A stretch of 44,652 bases of DNA from assembly GCA_036834305.1 (NCBI GenBank), contig DAITOC010000001.1, positions 1 to 44,652 of the forward strand, written 5' to 3'. Positions within the stretch are counted from its first letter, which is position 1; each line of letters opens with the position of its first letter. Below the pieces are notes generated by a model that saw only the letters and a program-made list of their open reading frames with translations, had not been told where the DNA came from and ran no database searches. Shown here piece after piece: positions 9,373 through 18,171 of this stretch. Origin of the DNA: Clostridiales bacterium. GTDB taxonomy: Bacteria; Bacillota; Clostridia; Oscillospirales; Acutalibacteraceae. A program made the position numbers and the translations under genes.

Positions 9373-10524
9373 TTAAGCCGTTTCAAAAATAATCTCAAGA
9401 ATTTGGAAGGTTTCGTTCTGAATATAGGAGACGGAATGCCGGACGATGTTTTTGCGCGACGCCTTGTCGGCCGCCGTCAATACCTCATATATCTTCTCGT
9501 CCTTAAACAGTTTTTTATAGGCGGTTCCGTAGGTTTTGGCCGAGCCGAATTTCACCTCAAGGTGCTTCCGTCCCTTTTCCGCGGCAGCCGCGATACCCCG
9601 CGCGATGCTTTTTTCCGTGTTTTCGTTGTAACCCTCAAAATACAGGCCGTTCTTAACAAAATAGTTTTCCCTCGTCGCGGCGCAGGCGTTTGCCGATTGG
9701 TAGCCGCTGTGCGTCTTCGAGATTTCCTCGTCGGTGAGGTTAAAATACGCGTACCGCGGTTCCCCCGCGCCGGTCTGGTTGATCGGGTCGTCCCAGGTGA
9801 CATCGAGGTGGTAATAGTCGCCCCCAATGTTCACGATGTTCCACATATGGTTTTCGGGCTGTTCGGCGAACGCTTTGGAAACGCCGCTGACGACATAGCA
9901 TTCGACACCGGTCAAATCAAACAGCAGTTTCGCCGCCTTGGCGTACCCCTCGCAGGCCGCCTTCTTTTCGACAATCGCGCCGAACGCATCGCTTTCGCTG
10001 CCGGTTTCCCCGGTTTCGTAAGAGACATTGTCAACCAGCCAGTCGTGAACGGCCAGTTCTTTTTCCGCGTCCGTGCCGGCGACCGCGCCGGCGACGGCGG
10101 CTGCCTCTTTGTCAAGCATCGCTTTTTTTTGCGCGTATTCCTCTTTGTCCATGACATATTCCGGCACAAAAAAACTTTTGAGGCCTTTTATGGATATGTT
10201 GCAGCTCCTCCCGAGGAAAAACAACTCCGGGTTGTCATAGAGCAGCGCTTTGAAAAAGGTCGTGAGTTCCTCCTCGTCCAAATACGGGATTTCAACCTCG
10301 CCGGGCATTTCCCCGATTGTTTCAAGAACATTGTTATACGCTTGTTTTTCCTTATTGCCAAGTTGGCTGAAATAATACTTGAAGGGGCTGCCCGTTGTCA
10401 GGGGTTCAACGGTTATGTTATCCCAATCCGGCTCTTTTCGCAGCAAGGCCGCGAGGTTGAAGTCGCAGCCGGCCAACGCGATAACCAGAAGCAAAGCCAG
10501 GCAGGCTGCCGCCGCTTTTTTCAT
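9373..10524 (-). CDS. Transglutaminase-like (cysteine protease fold) lipoprotein
   Basis: The start is set at ATG 10524 ([20 protein letters not shown], a lipobox) behind AAAGGAGGAG. The core motif is [25 protein letters not shown]...[21 protein letters not shown] (Cys/His/Asp of transglutaminase-like domains). Confidence 0.7.
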   Translation of the reverse strand: MKKAAAACLALLLVIALAGCDFNLAALLRKEPDWDNITVEPLTTGSPFKYYFSQLGNKEKQAYNNVLETIGEMPGEVEIPYLDEEELTTFFKALLYDNPELFFLGRSCNISIKGLKSFFVPEYVMDKEEYAQKKAMLDKEAAAVAGAVAGTDAEKELAVHDWLVDNVSYETGETGSESDAFGAIVEKKAACEGYAKAAKLLFDLTGVECYVVSGVSKAFAEQPENHMWNIVNIGGDYYHLDVTWDDPINQTGAGEPRYAYFNLTDEEISKTHSGYQSANACAATRENYFVKNGLYFEGYNENTEKSIARGIAAAAEKGRKHLEVKFGSAKTYGTAYKKLFKDEKIYEVLTAADKASRKNIVRHSVSYIQNETFQILEIIFETA

Positions 10525-10540
10525 GGGGCTTCTCCTCCTT

Positions 10541-11422
10541 TCAAGGGGACTGTTTGAATCCGTCAAGATAGCGGCTGACAGTCGTCTGAAAACGATTCGC
10601 GGGTTTTGCCGCTGTTTCTATTATATACGAACAGCCTTTAAAGTCCATGATGGAAATATTGGTGTCTTTCATCTCGTTGTGCAAAGCGCTGAATAATTTA
10701 TCGCCCTTCGCGGCGTTGTATTCGTTGATAAATTGGTCGAGCATAAGGCCGACCGTTTCCGACTGCCTGTCGAGCCCGGCGTCGCCGGACTCGCCGTTGA
10801 AACGCATATACTTCAGAAGCGATTCCCCTTTCAGCGTCTGCCGGCCCGGCGTGAGCATCAGGCTGAACTCGCCGCCGCGGTAATCGATTTTCTCCTTCAG
10901 GTCAATCACGAGCCCGTCGAGCTTGTTGATGGCGGTCCGAAAGCCGGCATCGTCCGAGCCGATGTATTTGTCGATTTTTATGCCGCCGAGGGCCTCGACC
11001 GCTTCGGCCAGCCTCACCGGGCCGCCCTCCTCGAGGTGGAAGGCCAGCGTCCCGGCCGCGCCCCGCGCCGTCGCCCTGGTTTTCGGCGACAGGGAGCAGA
11101 CGCTGAACACCCGGTTGTCCAAATCGGCGTTTACCACACAGAGGAATCGTATTTCCGGCGAGTCCTCCGCCACGCAATACAGCAGAAAGTTGGCCTTGCC
11201 CGTCAGCCGCGGCGTTTCCGGTCCGGTTGTGGATTCGTTGGTTTCCTCGACCGGCTCGCTGAGGAGTCTTGACAGGTCGAAGTCATAGGCCTTGAGTAAA
11301 ATGAGCATGGAAAAAGCCCCAAACACAAGGATAAACGAAAAGAAAGAGATAAAAAACCGCCTTCTCATCTGCGCCTTTTCGCTTTTTTGAGTTTTAAAAC
11401 GAAGTTTGCCCACTTTTTTCAA
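10541..11422 (-). CDS. LytR-CpsA-Psr (LCP)-like membrane-anchored protein
   Basis: TTG start behind GAGGAAAAGG and a single N-terminal TM. Residues such as GGIKIDKYIGSDDAGFRTAINKLDGLVIDLKEKIDY and TLKGESLLKYMRF are LCP-like, but the match is divergent. Confidence 0.55.
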   Translation of the reverse strand: MKKVGKLRFKTQKSEKAQMRRRFFISFFSFILVFGAFSMLILLKAYDFDLSRLLSEPVEETNESTTGPETPRLTGKANFLLYCVAEDSPEIRFLCVVNADLDNRVFSVCSLSPKTRATARGAAGTLAFHLEEGGPVRLAEAVEALGGIKIDKYIGSDDAGFRTAINKLDGLVIDLKEKIDYRGGEFSLMLTPGRQTLKGESLLKYMRFNGESGDAGLDRQSETVGLMLDQFINEYNAAKGDKLFSALHNEMKDTNISIMDFKGCSYIIETAAKPANRFQTTVSRYLDGFKQSP

Positions 11423-11547
11423 GCCTTTTCCTCACCCCCGTTTCCCGTCCGCATTGCTTATAGTCTTCCCTGCCGCCCCCGGGCGGCCGGTGTTCGTTTC
11501 AAGCCCTCTTTTCCAAAGAGGGTGTCAGGCGCAGCCTGACGGGTGAT

Positions 11548-13437
11548 TTAATCATGTCCCGTTTCCGGCGCGGCTCCCTTTTTCAAAATTACCGCGCTTC
11601 GCGCCGGCACCCGGAGCGTTCCCTTGCCGCCCGGCGCGTCACCGAGCAGGGCCTGCGCGTTTTCCCAACCCGGCGGCAGGGCGATTTGCGTTTCGCTTTC
11701 GCCGCGGTTAGCCAGCGTCATGACCGCGTCAACGCTGCTTTCCCGGATAAACGCGACGCTGTCTTTCCCGGCTTGAACCGGCACAAAGCGCCCGTTCGCG
11801 AGCGCCGGGCAGTTTTTGCGCATTTTCCCGAGAGTTCTGTAGTGTGCCAAAAGGCTTTCGTCCTCAAGGCCCCAAGGGTAACAGCCCCTGTTGAACGGGT
11901 CGTGCCCGCCTTCCATTCCCGCCTCGTCCCCGTAATAGACGCTCGGCACCCCGGGAAGCGTAAACTGTACGGCGGCCGCCATTTTCAGCAATGTAAGGCC
12001 CGCTTCCCTTTGCGCCGCGCTCAAATAGCCCTTGTCCCTTTTAAACCGGTCCTGCGGTCCGCCGGCTTCCCCCGCGAGGCGTGTCAGCGCGCGGGCGGTG
12101 TCGTGCGTGCCGATGTGGTTCATCAGGGTATGAACCGCGGGCGGCGGGTAGTTTTCTAGGATGCCGAAAACGGTTTCAAAAAAGTCTTCCCCGTTTCCGC
12201 CCGCAACGAAATCCATCAAGGCGCCGGCGAACGGGTAATTCATTACGGAATCGAGTTGGCCGCCCAACAGGTAGCGACGGCGGTTGCCGTAACTGATTTT
12301 ATTCGTCGCGTCCTCCCACACCTCGCCGAGGATAAACGCGTCGGCCTTTTCACTTTTGACGGCCGCGCGCAGCGCGTCGAGAAAACCGTCGGGCAGTTCG
12401 TCGGCGACATCGAGCCGCCAGCCGCCCGCGCCGAGCCTGAGCCAGCGCCTCGCAACCCCGTTTTCCCCGGTGATAAACTCCGCAAAGCCGGGGTCTTCCT
12501 CGCGGATTTCCGGCAGGATATCCACCCCCCACCAGCAGGCGTAGTCGCCGGGCCAGCGGCGAAATGTATACCAGTGAAAATACGGGGATTCCTGCGAATT
12601 GTACGCGCCGCAATCCGGGTAGCGGTTGTTCTTATTAAAATAGCGGCTGTCCGCGCCGGTATGGCTAAAGACTCCGTCGAGAACGACCCGAATGCCGCGC
12701 TTCGCGGCTTCTTCGCACAGCCGGCGAAAGTCCTCTTCCGTTCCCAAAAGCGGGTCGATTCGTAAATAGTCGGCCGTGTCGTAGCGATGGCTCGAATGTG
12801 CCTCGAACACCGGGTTGAGGTACAGGCAGGTCACCGACAATTCTTCGAGCCGCCAAAGTTTTTCGGTGATGCCTTGGAGGTCGCCGCCGAAATAGTCGTA
12901 CACGGTCACGCTGCCGTCGTCGTCAGGCTCCCAAACAGGGTCGCCGCCCCAGTCGCTGCGCAGAAGCCTGTCGCCGGGCACACCGCTTTTTTTCGTTCCC
13001 GCGTTGTAAAAGCGATCCGGAAAAATCTGATAAATGACCCCGCCCTTCAACCAGGCGGGCGTTTCAAAATGAGGGTCGTAAACGGTCAACTGCCATTGCG
13101 TACCCTCCGCGCCGATTTTTCCCAGGGAATGCCCGTCATGGAATATCGCAAACGAGCCGCCGGGCGTACCGAATTCAAACCGGTACCAATACAAGCCGGG
13201 CTCTGCGGGCGTGAAAACAACCCGCCACCATTCCTCACCCGCCCCCTCCATGCGTTCCCACCGCATTTCAACGCGTTCGGCGCGGTCCGCGCCGTCGGCC
13301 CGAACGACAAGCCGAGCGCTTTCGGCCCGGTATTCCCGCGGCAGGACGATTCTCATTTCGACTTCCGTGCCGGCGGCAACCGCGCCGAACGGCTTTTTAT
13401 GGTACTCCCGGCGGGAATTGTAGGGGATATAGTGCAT
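11548..13437 (-). CDS. GH13 alpha-amylase-family enzyme (neopullulanase/cyclomaltodextrinase-like, N-terminal extra domain)
   Basis: ORF 11548..13455, with the start at ATG 13437 behind GGAGGAACGG. The GH13 conserved regions are present: IYQIFPDRF, VVLDGVFSHTG, GGWRLDVADELP, ILGEVWED and NHIGTHD. There is no signal peptide. Confidence 0.85.
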   Translation of the reverse strand: MHYIPYNSRREYHKKPFGAVAAGTEVEMRIVLPREYRAESARLVVRADGADRAERVEMRWERMEGAGEEWWRVVFTPAEPGLYWYRFEFGTPGGSFAIFHDGHSLGKIGAEGTQWQLTVYDPHFETPAWLKGGVIYQIFPDRFYNAGTKKSGVPGDRLLRSDWGGDPVWEPDDDGSVTVYDYFGGDLQGITEKLWRLEELSVTCLYLNPVFEAHSSHRYDTADYLRIDPLLGTEEDFRRLCEEAAKRGIRVVLDGVFSHTGADSRYFNKNNRYPDCGAYNSQESPYFHWYTFRRWPGDYACWWGVDILPEIREEDPGFAEFITGENGVARRWLRLGAGGWRLDVADELPDGFLDALRAAVKSEKADAFILGEVWEDATNKISYGNRRRYLLGGQLDSVMNYPFAGALMDFVAGGNGEDFFETVFGILENYPPPAVHTLMNHIGTHDTARALTRLAGEAGGPQDRFKRDKGYLSAAQREAGLTLLKMAAAVQFTLPGVPSVYYGDEAGMEGGHDPFNRGCYPWGLEDESLLAHYRTLGKMRKNCPALANGRFVPVQAGKDSVAFIRESSVDAVMTLANRGESETQIALPPGWENAQALLGDAPGGKGTLRVPARSAVILKKGAAPETGHD

Positions 13438-13464
13438 CCGTTCCTCCGCGCGCAATTCGAAAAA

Positions 13465-14568
13465 TCATTTCAGAATATAGTCCCCGCCCGGCGCGTCGTC
13501 GGGGCTCAATACAACGGCGACAACCCGCTTTTCCTTCGGGAAGGACACATTCCGGCTTGTCTGCGTTATGTCAACGGCGAATATATCCGCGCCGCAGTTC
13601 CAAAGGTCACCGTCATACAACCGGCTGTTGCCGCTGACAGCCGCCTCCGCGTCCATCGCGCAGATGACCGTCGCCTTGCCCGCCGCGGTTTTTGCCTTGG
13701 CGACAAACGCGTTAAGCGCCGCGTTTTTCGCCGGTGCCCCCGGCGCTTCCTCTCCCGGGAACATCGCCAGGCTGAGGCTCGCGGCCGGGTATTGCACGGA
13801 ATCGAGCAGAATAAAGTCGACGCCGAGCGAAGCGGTCTGCGCGATGACGCCAAGCAGGTAGTCTGCCGCTTTTTCCGAATACGGGTTGAGCCAAGGCTGC
13901 CCGTTCCGGCTCTTATCGAGCCATATTTTTGCGCCGTCCGTCTTCAGGCGCACGGCGGCGTCGCGCATCACCCGGGCTGCAGCCGGGTCGCGGAAGCAGT
14001 GCACCCTCGCGATAACCTGCAGGCCCGCTTTTTGAAAGGCGGCTACACTTTCTTTTGCCTTCGCCGCGGCAACCGCGTCTTTTGACGCGCCGGGTACCGT
14101 ATCGGCGGCGGGAATAACCGCGAGGGTTCCGCCGCTGTCTTTAAAGTCGACGGCGACCGCGTTGACGCCTATGCTTTTCGCCGTCGCGATAAAACTCTCG
14201 AGTTTGGTTCCGCCGTTTAACAGATTGCGCTGCGCGCTGACGGCTTGAATACGCTTTTGTTCCGGTGCCGGCTTGGCGGTTGTTTTTTCCGTCACGGACT
14301 GTGTCGGCGCGGCGGACCGCGTCTCTTTGTCTGCTGGCTTGTCGGAGAGCTTCAGCAGCGAGTTCATTACGACATAACTCAAAACAACCAACGCCAAAAC
14401 GCCAAGGCTGCCGAGAATCCATTTTAGGATTTGCCGGCGCCGTAGTTTTTCGCTGTAACTAAGCCTGCCGCCCCCTCCGAGGCTGCCCGGGTAGGAGCGG
14501 GAAAAACCGGTGTACGCCTTACTCTCACTGCGGCCGATTGTTTTGCCTTTGTATCCCCGCCTTGCCAT
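13465..14568 (-). CDS. Membrane-anchored putative glycoside hydrolase (DUF4015/GHL-type TIM barrel)
   Basis: N-terminal TM (ILKWILGSLGVLALVVLSYVVM) and a Thr/Ala/Pro linker. The pattern NAVAVDFKDSGG...VIARVHCFRDP...WLNPYSEKAADYLLGVIAQTASLGVDFILLDSVQYP matches my recollection of the DUF4015 consensus. Confidence 0.65.
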   Translation of the reverse strand: MARRGYKGKTIGRSESKAYTGFSRSYPGSLGGGGRLSYSEKLRRRQILKWILGSLGVLALVVLSYVVMNSLLKLSDKPADKETRSAAPTQSVTEKTTAKPAPEQKRIQAVSAQRNLLNGGTKLESFIATAKSIGVNAVAVDFKDSGGTLAVIPAADTVPGASKDAVAAAKAKESVAAFQKAGLQVIARVHCFRDPAAARVMRDAAVRLKTDGAKIWLDKSRNGQPWLNPYSEKAADYLLGVIAQTASLGVDFILLDSVQYPAASLSLAMFPGEEAPGAPAKNAALNAFVAKAKTAAGKATVICAMDAEAAVSGNSRLYDGDLWNCGADIFAVDITQTSRNVSFPKEKRVVAVVLSPDDAPGGDYILK

Positions 14569-14580
14569 AAAAGACTCCTT

Positions 14581-15174
14581 TCAAACAAACAGCGAGCTTC
14601 CCGAAAAGCCCGTAAAAGCGAGAGACAACAGCGCGATATACAGAAACACCGCGGGCGTTCCCTGAAAAGCCGACGGAATATTCTTGTTGGCCGACAGCGT
14701 CTGCATCCCTCTCCCGATGAGGGCAACGGCTACGATGAACGCGAATCCCGCGCCCAGGCCCGTGCCGACGCTCTGGGCCGCGCTGTTGGCCGCCCGCCGG
14801 TTGATGAGAGGGATCGCCAAAACGAGCGTGTTCAACGCGGCTATTCCCAGCGCGTTTAGAAATTTTGTCTCCGCCTTTAATACTATATGCATAAAAACGG
14901 ACGTCAATAAATAAACCAAAACCAAAATCCCGCCGGAAACCGCCAGATGCGCCGCGTTGCCCGCGGCCGAGATTGCCGGAATGTTGTCCGCCAGGCGGCA
15001 AAGCAGTGAAACCGAAACGGAAAAATACACGATAAAACCGGCATACAGAAAAAAGCGCCGCGGTTTGGCGGCGGTCCGCACCGCCTCGCTTGAGCCGTAC
15101 CCCCCGCTGAACACCAGGTTTTGTATAAACACGGTGTACAAGGCGGTTGTCAGAATATCAAAAAACAGTTTCAT
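14581..15174 (-). CDS. RnfA/NqrE-like polytopic membrane protein (divergent)
   Basis: 197 aa and about 6 TM. The C-terminus IPSAFQGTPAVFLYIALLSLAFTGFSG aligns closely with E. coli RsxA [27 protein letters not shown]. The start overlaps the upstream stop as ATGA. Confidence 0.7.
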   Translation of the reverse strand: MKLFFDILTTALYTVFIQNLVFSGGYGSSEAVRTAAKPRRFFLYAGFIVYFSVSVSLLCRLADNIPAISAAGNAAHLAVSGGILVLVYLLTSVFMHIVLKAETKFLNALGIAALNTLVLAIPLINRRAANSAAQSVGTGLGAGFAFIVAVALIGRGMQTLSANKNIPSAFQGTPAVFLYIALLSLAFTGFSGSSLFV

Positions 15175-16463
15175 GTTTCCGCCTCCCCGCCTTCGTCCTC
15201 CCGGTCGTCAAACTCCTCAATCGCTTTGAGCAATTCTTTCAGGCGCCTTTCAATATCACCGGTGTCGAAATCTCCTTCAAAATCCGCCGTCACGGCCGGT
15301 TCCCGCGCGGCTTCCTCTTCCTCTTGCCGGGAGGGCGGCGTGTCCGGCGTTTCCCGCGCCGCCTCGGCAAAATCGGCCCGGTCCGGCTGCTCTTTCGGCG
15401 TTTCGGCGTTTTCGGGCAGCCCGTTTTGTTCGGGCATTTCCTGCGCGGACTCGGCCGTATCGGCGTGCTCCGGCTGCTCTTTCGGAGCTTCGGCGTTTTC
15501 GGGCAGCCCGTTTTGTTCGGGCGTTTCCTGCGCCGCCTCGGCCGTATCGGCCTGCTCCGGCTGCTCTTTCGGCGCTTCGGCGTTTTCGGGCGGCCCGTTT
15601 TGTTCGGGCGCTTCCCGCGCCGCTTCGGCGAAATCAGCCGGGTCCGGCCTCTCCCCGGGCGCGGCCGGCGGCGCATTGTCGTTGTTTTGCGATAACTCGC
15701 TGTGCGCGCCGGGCAACGGCGGCAGTTCGGGCACATAAACCTTTGTTTTCCTGTCCTGCGCTTTTGTGGCGAGTTGTTTGGCGAGCCTCCGGCTGTAGCG
15801 CATAATAACCGGGGTATAGTTGATTTCAAAATTCATTTCCCGGGAAAACCGCGGTATGCGGCGATTGACAAACCCTCTGAGGGCGGCGGCCATAAAACCC
15901 AAAACCAAAAACCCGCCGAATGGCATCAGAAAACCCGGAACGGCCGGCGTGTGGACGGGTTTCCCCGCTATTTGCCCGCTGCCCAACAGTTCCCGGAGCA
16001 AGCCCGTCAGCAGCAGGACGGCCGCATACCCGATGCCCGCCGACACCGCGTCGAGGACGCTGACGCGAACGCTGTTTTTGACCGCGATTTTTTCGCAGCG
16101 AAAGGCCGTCAGCGAGTTGACCGCGAGCAGAGGCAGATAGATGCCGACGACCTCCACCGCGTCGAGCCCGGTTCTCTCGGTAAACAGAATGACCGGACAA
16201 ACCAGACCGAGGCCGATGAGCAGGTACAGCGCCATTCTTGCCCGGCGCGGCACCCGTTTTAAGAACGCGGAGGCGATAAACTGCGTAACAAGCAGAAGGA
16301 GAACGCTGACACCCGCGAGAAGGGCTCCGGCCTTCAGCGACACGGCCGCCGCCGCGGCCGGGCAGATTCCCGCGACCTGTATCAGCGCCGGATTGTGGAT
16401 AAACGCTCCCTTAAACAGCATTTGCCCGAAGGTTATGCGTTTATTCCTCTGTTTACCGGGCAT
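15171..16463 (-). CDS. RnfE/NqrD-like membrane protein fused to a ~230-aa acidic repeat-containing tail
   Basis: The first ~200 aa are FIHNPALIQVAGICPAAA...GIYLPLLAVNS...RELLGSG, resembling RsxE (NNSALVQLLGLCPLLA...GIFIPLIVTNC...REIIGNG). The remainder is a Pro/Glu/Ala-rich tail with 29-aa repeats and a DE-rich end. Confidence 0.7.
   Translation of the reverse strand: MPGKQRNKRITFGQMLFKGAFIHNPALIQVAGICPAAAAAVSLKAGALLAGVSVLLLLVTQFIASAFLKRVPRRARMALYLLIGLGLVCPVILFTERTGLDAVEVVGIYLPLLAVNSLTAFRCEKIAVKNSVRVSVLDAVSAGIGYAAVLLLTGLLRELLGSGQIAGKPVHTPAVPGFLMPFGGFLVLGFMAAALRGFVNRRIPRFSREMNFEINYTPVIMRYSRRLAKQLATKAQDRKTKVYVPELPPLPGAHSELSQNNDNAPPAAPGERPDPADFAEAAREAPEQNGPPENAEAPKEQPEQADTAEAAQETPEQNGLPENAEAPKEQPEHADTAESAQEMPEQNGLPENAETPKEQPDRADFAEAARETPDTPPSRQEEEEAAREPAVTADFEGDFDTGDIERRLKELLKAIEEFDDREDEGGEAET
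15340..15650 (-). repeat. 87-bp tandem repeat, about 3.3 copies, in frame within the RnfE-like CDS
   Basis: GGCTGCTCTTTCGG... recurs at 15385, 15472 and 15559, an exact 87-nt period. Units 1 and 2 differ at about 6 of 87 positions by hand count. The encoded repeat is PEQNG(L/P)PENAE(A/T)PKEQPE(Q/H)ADTAE(A/S)AQE(T/M). Confidence 0.9.
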
Positions 16464-17475
16464 GGCCTGTCCCTCCCTTCGGGGCGGGTGTTTTCACCGG
16501 CGTTTTGCCCGCGGGGTTCTTGAAGAAACCGCGCGCGGTCTCCAGAGCGTCTTCAACAAACGGCCAGACGGCGCCGGCGAGCATCAGGGCAAAGCAGACG
16601 CCTTCCTCATACGCGCCGAAATACCGCGTCAGCATGCAAAGCACGCCCGCCGTCAACCCGAAAAGAAACCGGTGAACCGCCTTTTTGGGGGATACGGAAA
16701 GATCCGTGACGAGAAAAACCGCCGCGAAAACAAGGCTGCCCGAGCACAATTCCATCGTCAGGGAAGCCGCCCGGCCGGTGAGAACCCTCGGAAACAGCAG
16801 CGCCATCGCCGCGCAGCCGCCGATGAACCCCAGCGTATTTAACAGCGACAAGGGCCTGCGAAACAAAAAGTAAACGGCGGCGGAAGCCAGAATCAAAATG
16901 CTGCCCGTGCCCATAGGGCCCGGTATATTGCCGATTAACAAATCAAACCGGTTTAAGTCGTTGAGCCTCAAAGAAATGTTTTCCCTGAGCATCGCGGCCA
17001 CCGATACGCCCGCGGGTGTGGCGTCCAAAACCGTTCCCGCCTGCGGCAACGCCGGGTAGGAGAACACCGCTTGAGGCCAGCAGACGCACAAAAAAGCGAA
17101 ACCCGCCGCGGCAGGGATGAACGGCGAATTTCTCGTCGAGCCGAACGGCAGTTTCGCCACGGCGACGGCAAACGCGCCGCCTGCCGCCGCGAGGACCGCC
17201 GGCGCGTTCGCGGGCAGCATCATCGCGATAACCGCCCCCGTGAACACCGCGTTCAAATCCGCGAGCGAGGGCTTGCCGGTTTTTTTTATCAAACCGCCGG
17301 CGGCCTCGCAAACGACGGCCCCCAAAACGCCCGCGGCCATCAAACGAAAGACACCCGCGCCGTAAAAATACCAGGCCATGACCGCGGGTGCCGCGAGCAT
17401 GAACAGCGCGTCGGCATAAAACCGCTGCGTTTGCTTTATCGAACCTTTTCGGGTTGTTTTTTTCTCATCCGTCAA
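16453..17475 (-). CDS. RnfD/NqrB-like polytopic membrane protein
   Basis: 340 aa. AKLPFGSTRNSPFIPAAAGFAFL, LDATPAG, GPMGTGSILILASAAVYFL, FLVTDLSVSPK and YEEGVCFALMLAGAVWPFVED parallel RnfD motifs (K.FGG.G.N.FNPA, TGATPL, GSIGE.S, FMATD..TSP, PEGV.FAIL..N). A TTG start is predicted, and the gene overlaps the next one by 11 nt. Confidence 0.75.
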   Translation of the reverse strand: MTDEKKTTRKGSIKQTQRFYADALFMLAAPAVMAWYFYGAGVFRLMAAGVLGAVVCEAAGGLIKKTGKPSLADLNAVFTGAVIAMMLPANAPAVLAAAGGAFAVAVAKLPFGSTRNSPFIPAAAGFAFLCVCWPQAVFSYPALPQAGTVLDATPAGVSVAAMLRENISLRLNDLNRFDLLIGNIPGPMGTGSILILASAAVYFLFRRPLSLLNTLGFIGGCAAMALLFPRVLTGRAASLTMELCSGSLVFAAVFLVTDLSVSPKKAVHRFLFGLTAGVLCMLTRYFGAYEEGVCFALMLAGAVWPFVEDALETARGFFKNPAGKTPVKTPAPKGGTGHAR

Positions 17476-17515
17476 TACAATTCACCCAAAATACACAATT
17501 CCATATTTTATCCTA

Positions 17516-17544
17516 TTGCACACAGCCTGTCCGCATAATATCAT
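17516..17544 (+). promoter_or_regulatory. Putative sigma-A promoter of the mecA-like gene
   Basis: TTGCAC (17516-17521), a 17-nt spacer, then TATCAT (17539-17544), about 40 nt upstream of the TTG start. Confidence 0.35.
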
Positions 17545-17582
17545 GGTAATGAAGCATCCGTAACAGGCAGGGAGGAATCATT

Positions 17583-18167
17583 TTGAAAATTGAGGCGCCT
17601 TCGGAAAATAAAATTATCGTGGATTTAACCGGCGAGGATATGTGCGCGCTGGATATCACCTACGAAGAAATGGATTACTCCAATATCGAAACAAGGCGGG
17701 TTATCTGGACCCTTCTTGACCAAGCCAGGCAGACGCTCGGCCGCGACATTGACCCGACCGTCCGCATGCTCATCGAGGCGATGCCCAAAAAATCCGGGGG
17801 CTGTGTGCTGAGTTTTACGGTTATGGCCGAAGAAGAGAGGCCGGGGCCCAAAATTTGTAAACCTGTTTTCAAAAAAGACGACAATGTCTTTACATACGAA
17901 TTCGACGACATCGACGACCTGTATTCGGCCGCGAACGGCTGCCTGGTCCGAATGCACGGCATCGACAGCGAATTGTACGGCCTGGAAGGCCGGTACCGTC
18001 TGCTTTTGAGCGTCCACGGGGATATCGGCGCGGTGAAATCGTTTATGACCGAGTACGCCGACCTGCGCGGCACCGGCGCGCTTCAGGCCGCGCACACCAG
18101 GGAACACTGGAAACTTCTCGCGGCGGACAGAGCCATCGAAAAACTCAACTGCAAGCGCGTCCTCTGA
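17583..18167 (+). CDS. mecA: MecA-like adaptor protein (ClpC adaptor family)
   Basis: TTG start behind GGGAGGAA. MKIEAPSENKIIVDLTGEDM...EEMDYSNIETRRVIWTLLDQA mirrors the MecA N-terminus (MEIERINEHTVKFYMSYGDIEDRGF...). The C-terminal FTYEFDDIDDL...SELYGLEGRYRLLL...EY matches the MecA ClpC-binding domain. Confidence 0.6.
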   Translation: MKIEAPSENKIIVDLTGEDMCALDITYEEMDYSNIETRRVIWTLLDQARQTLGRDIDPTVRMLIEAMPKKSGGCVLSFTVMAEEERPGPKICKPVFKKDDNVFTYEFDDIDDLYSAANGCLVRMHGIDSELYGLEGRYRLLLSVHGDIGAVKSFMTEYADLRGTGALQAAHTREHWKLLAADRAIEKLNCKRVL

Positions 18168-18171
18168 CAAA

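Noticed and set aside
15340-15650. The regular 87-bp repeat array could be mistaken for a CRISPR or minisatellite locus.
   Set aside because: The repeats are directly adjacent with no unique spacers. They stay in frame within a long ORF and encode a coherent 29-aa peptide repeat. No cas genes are in the window.
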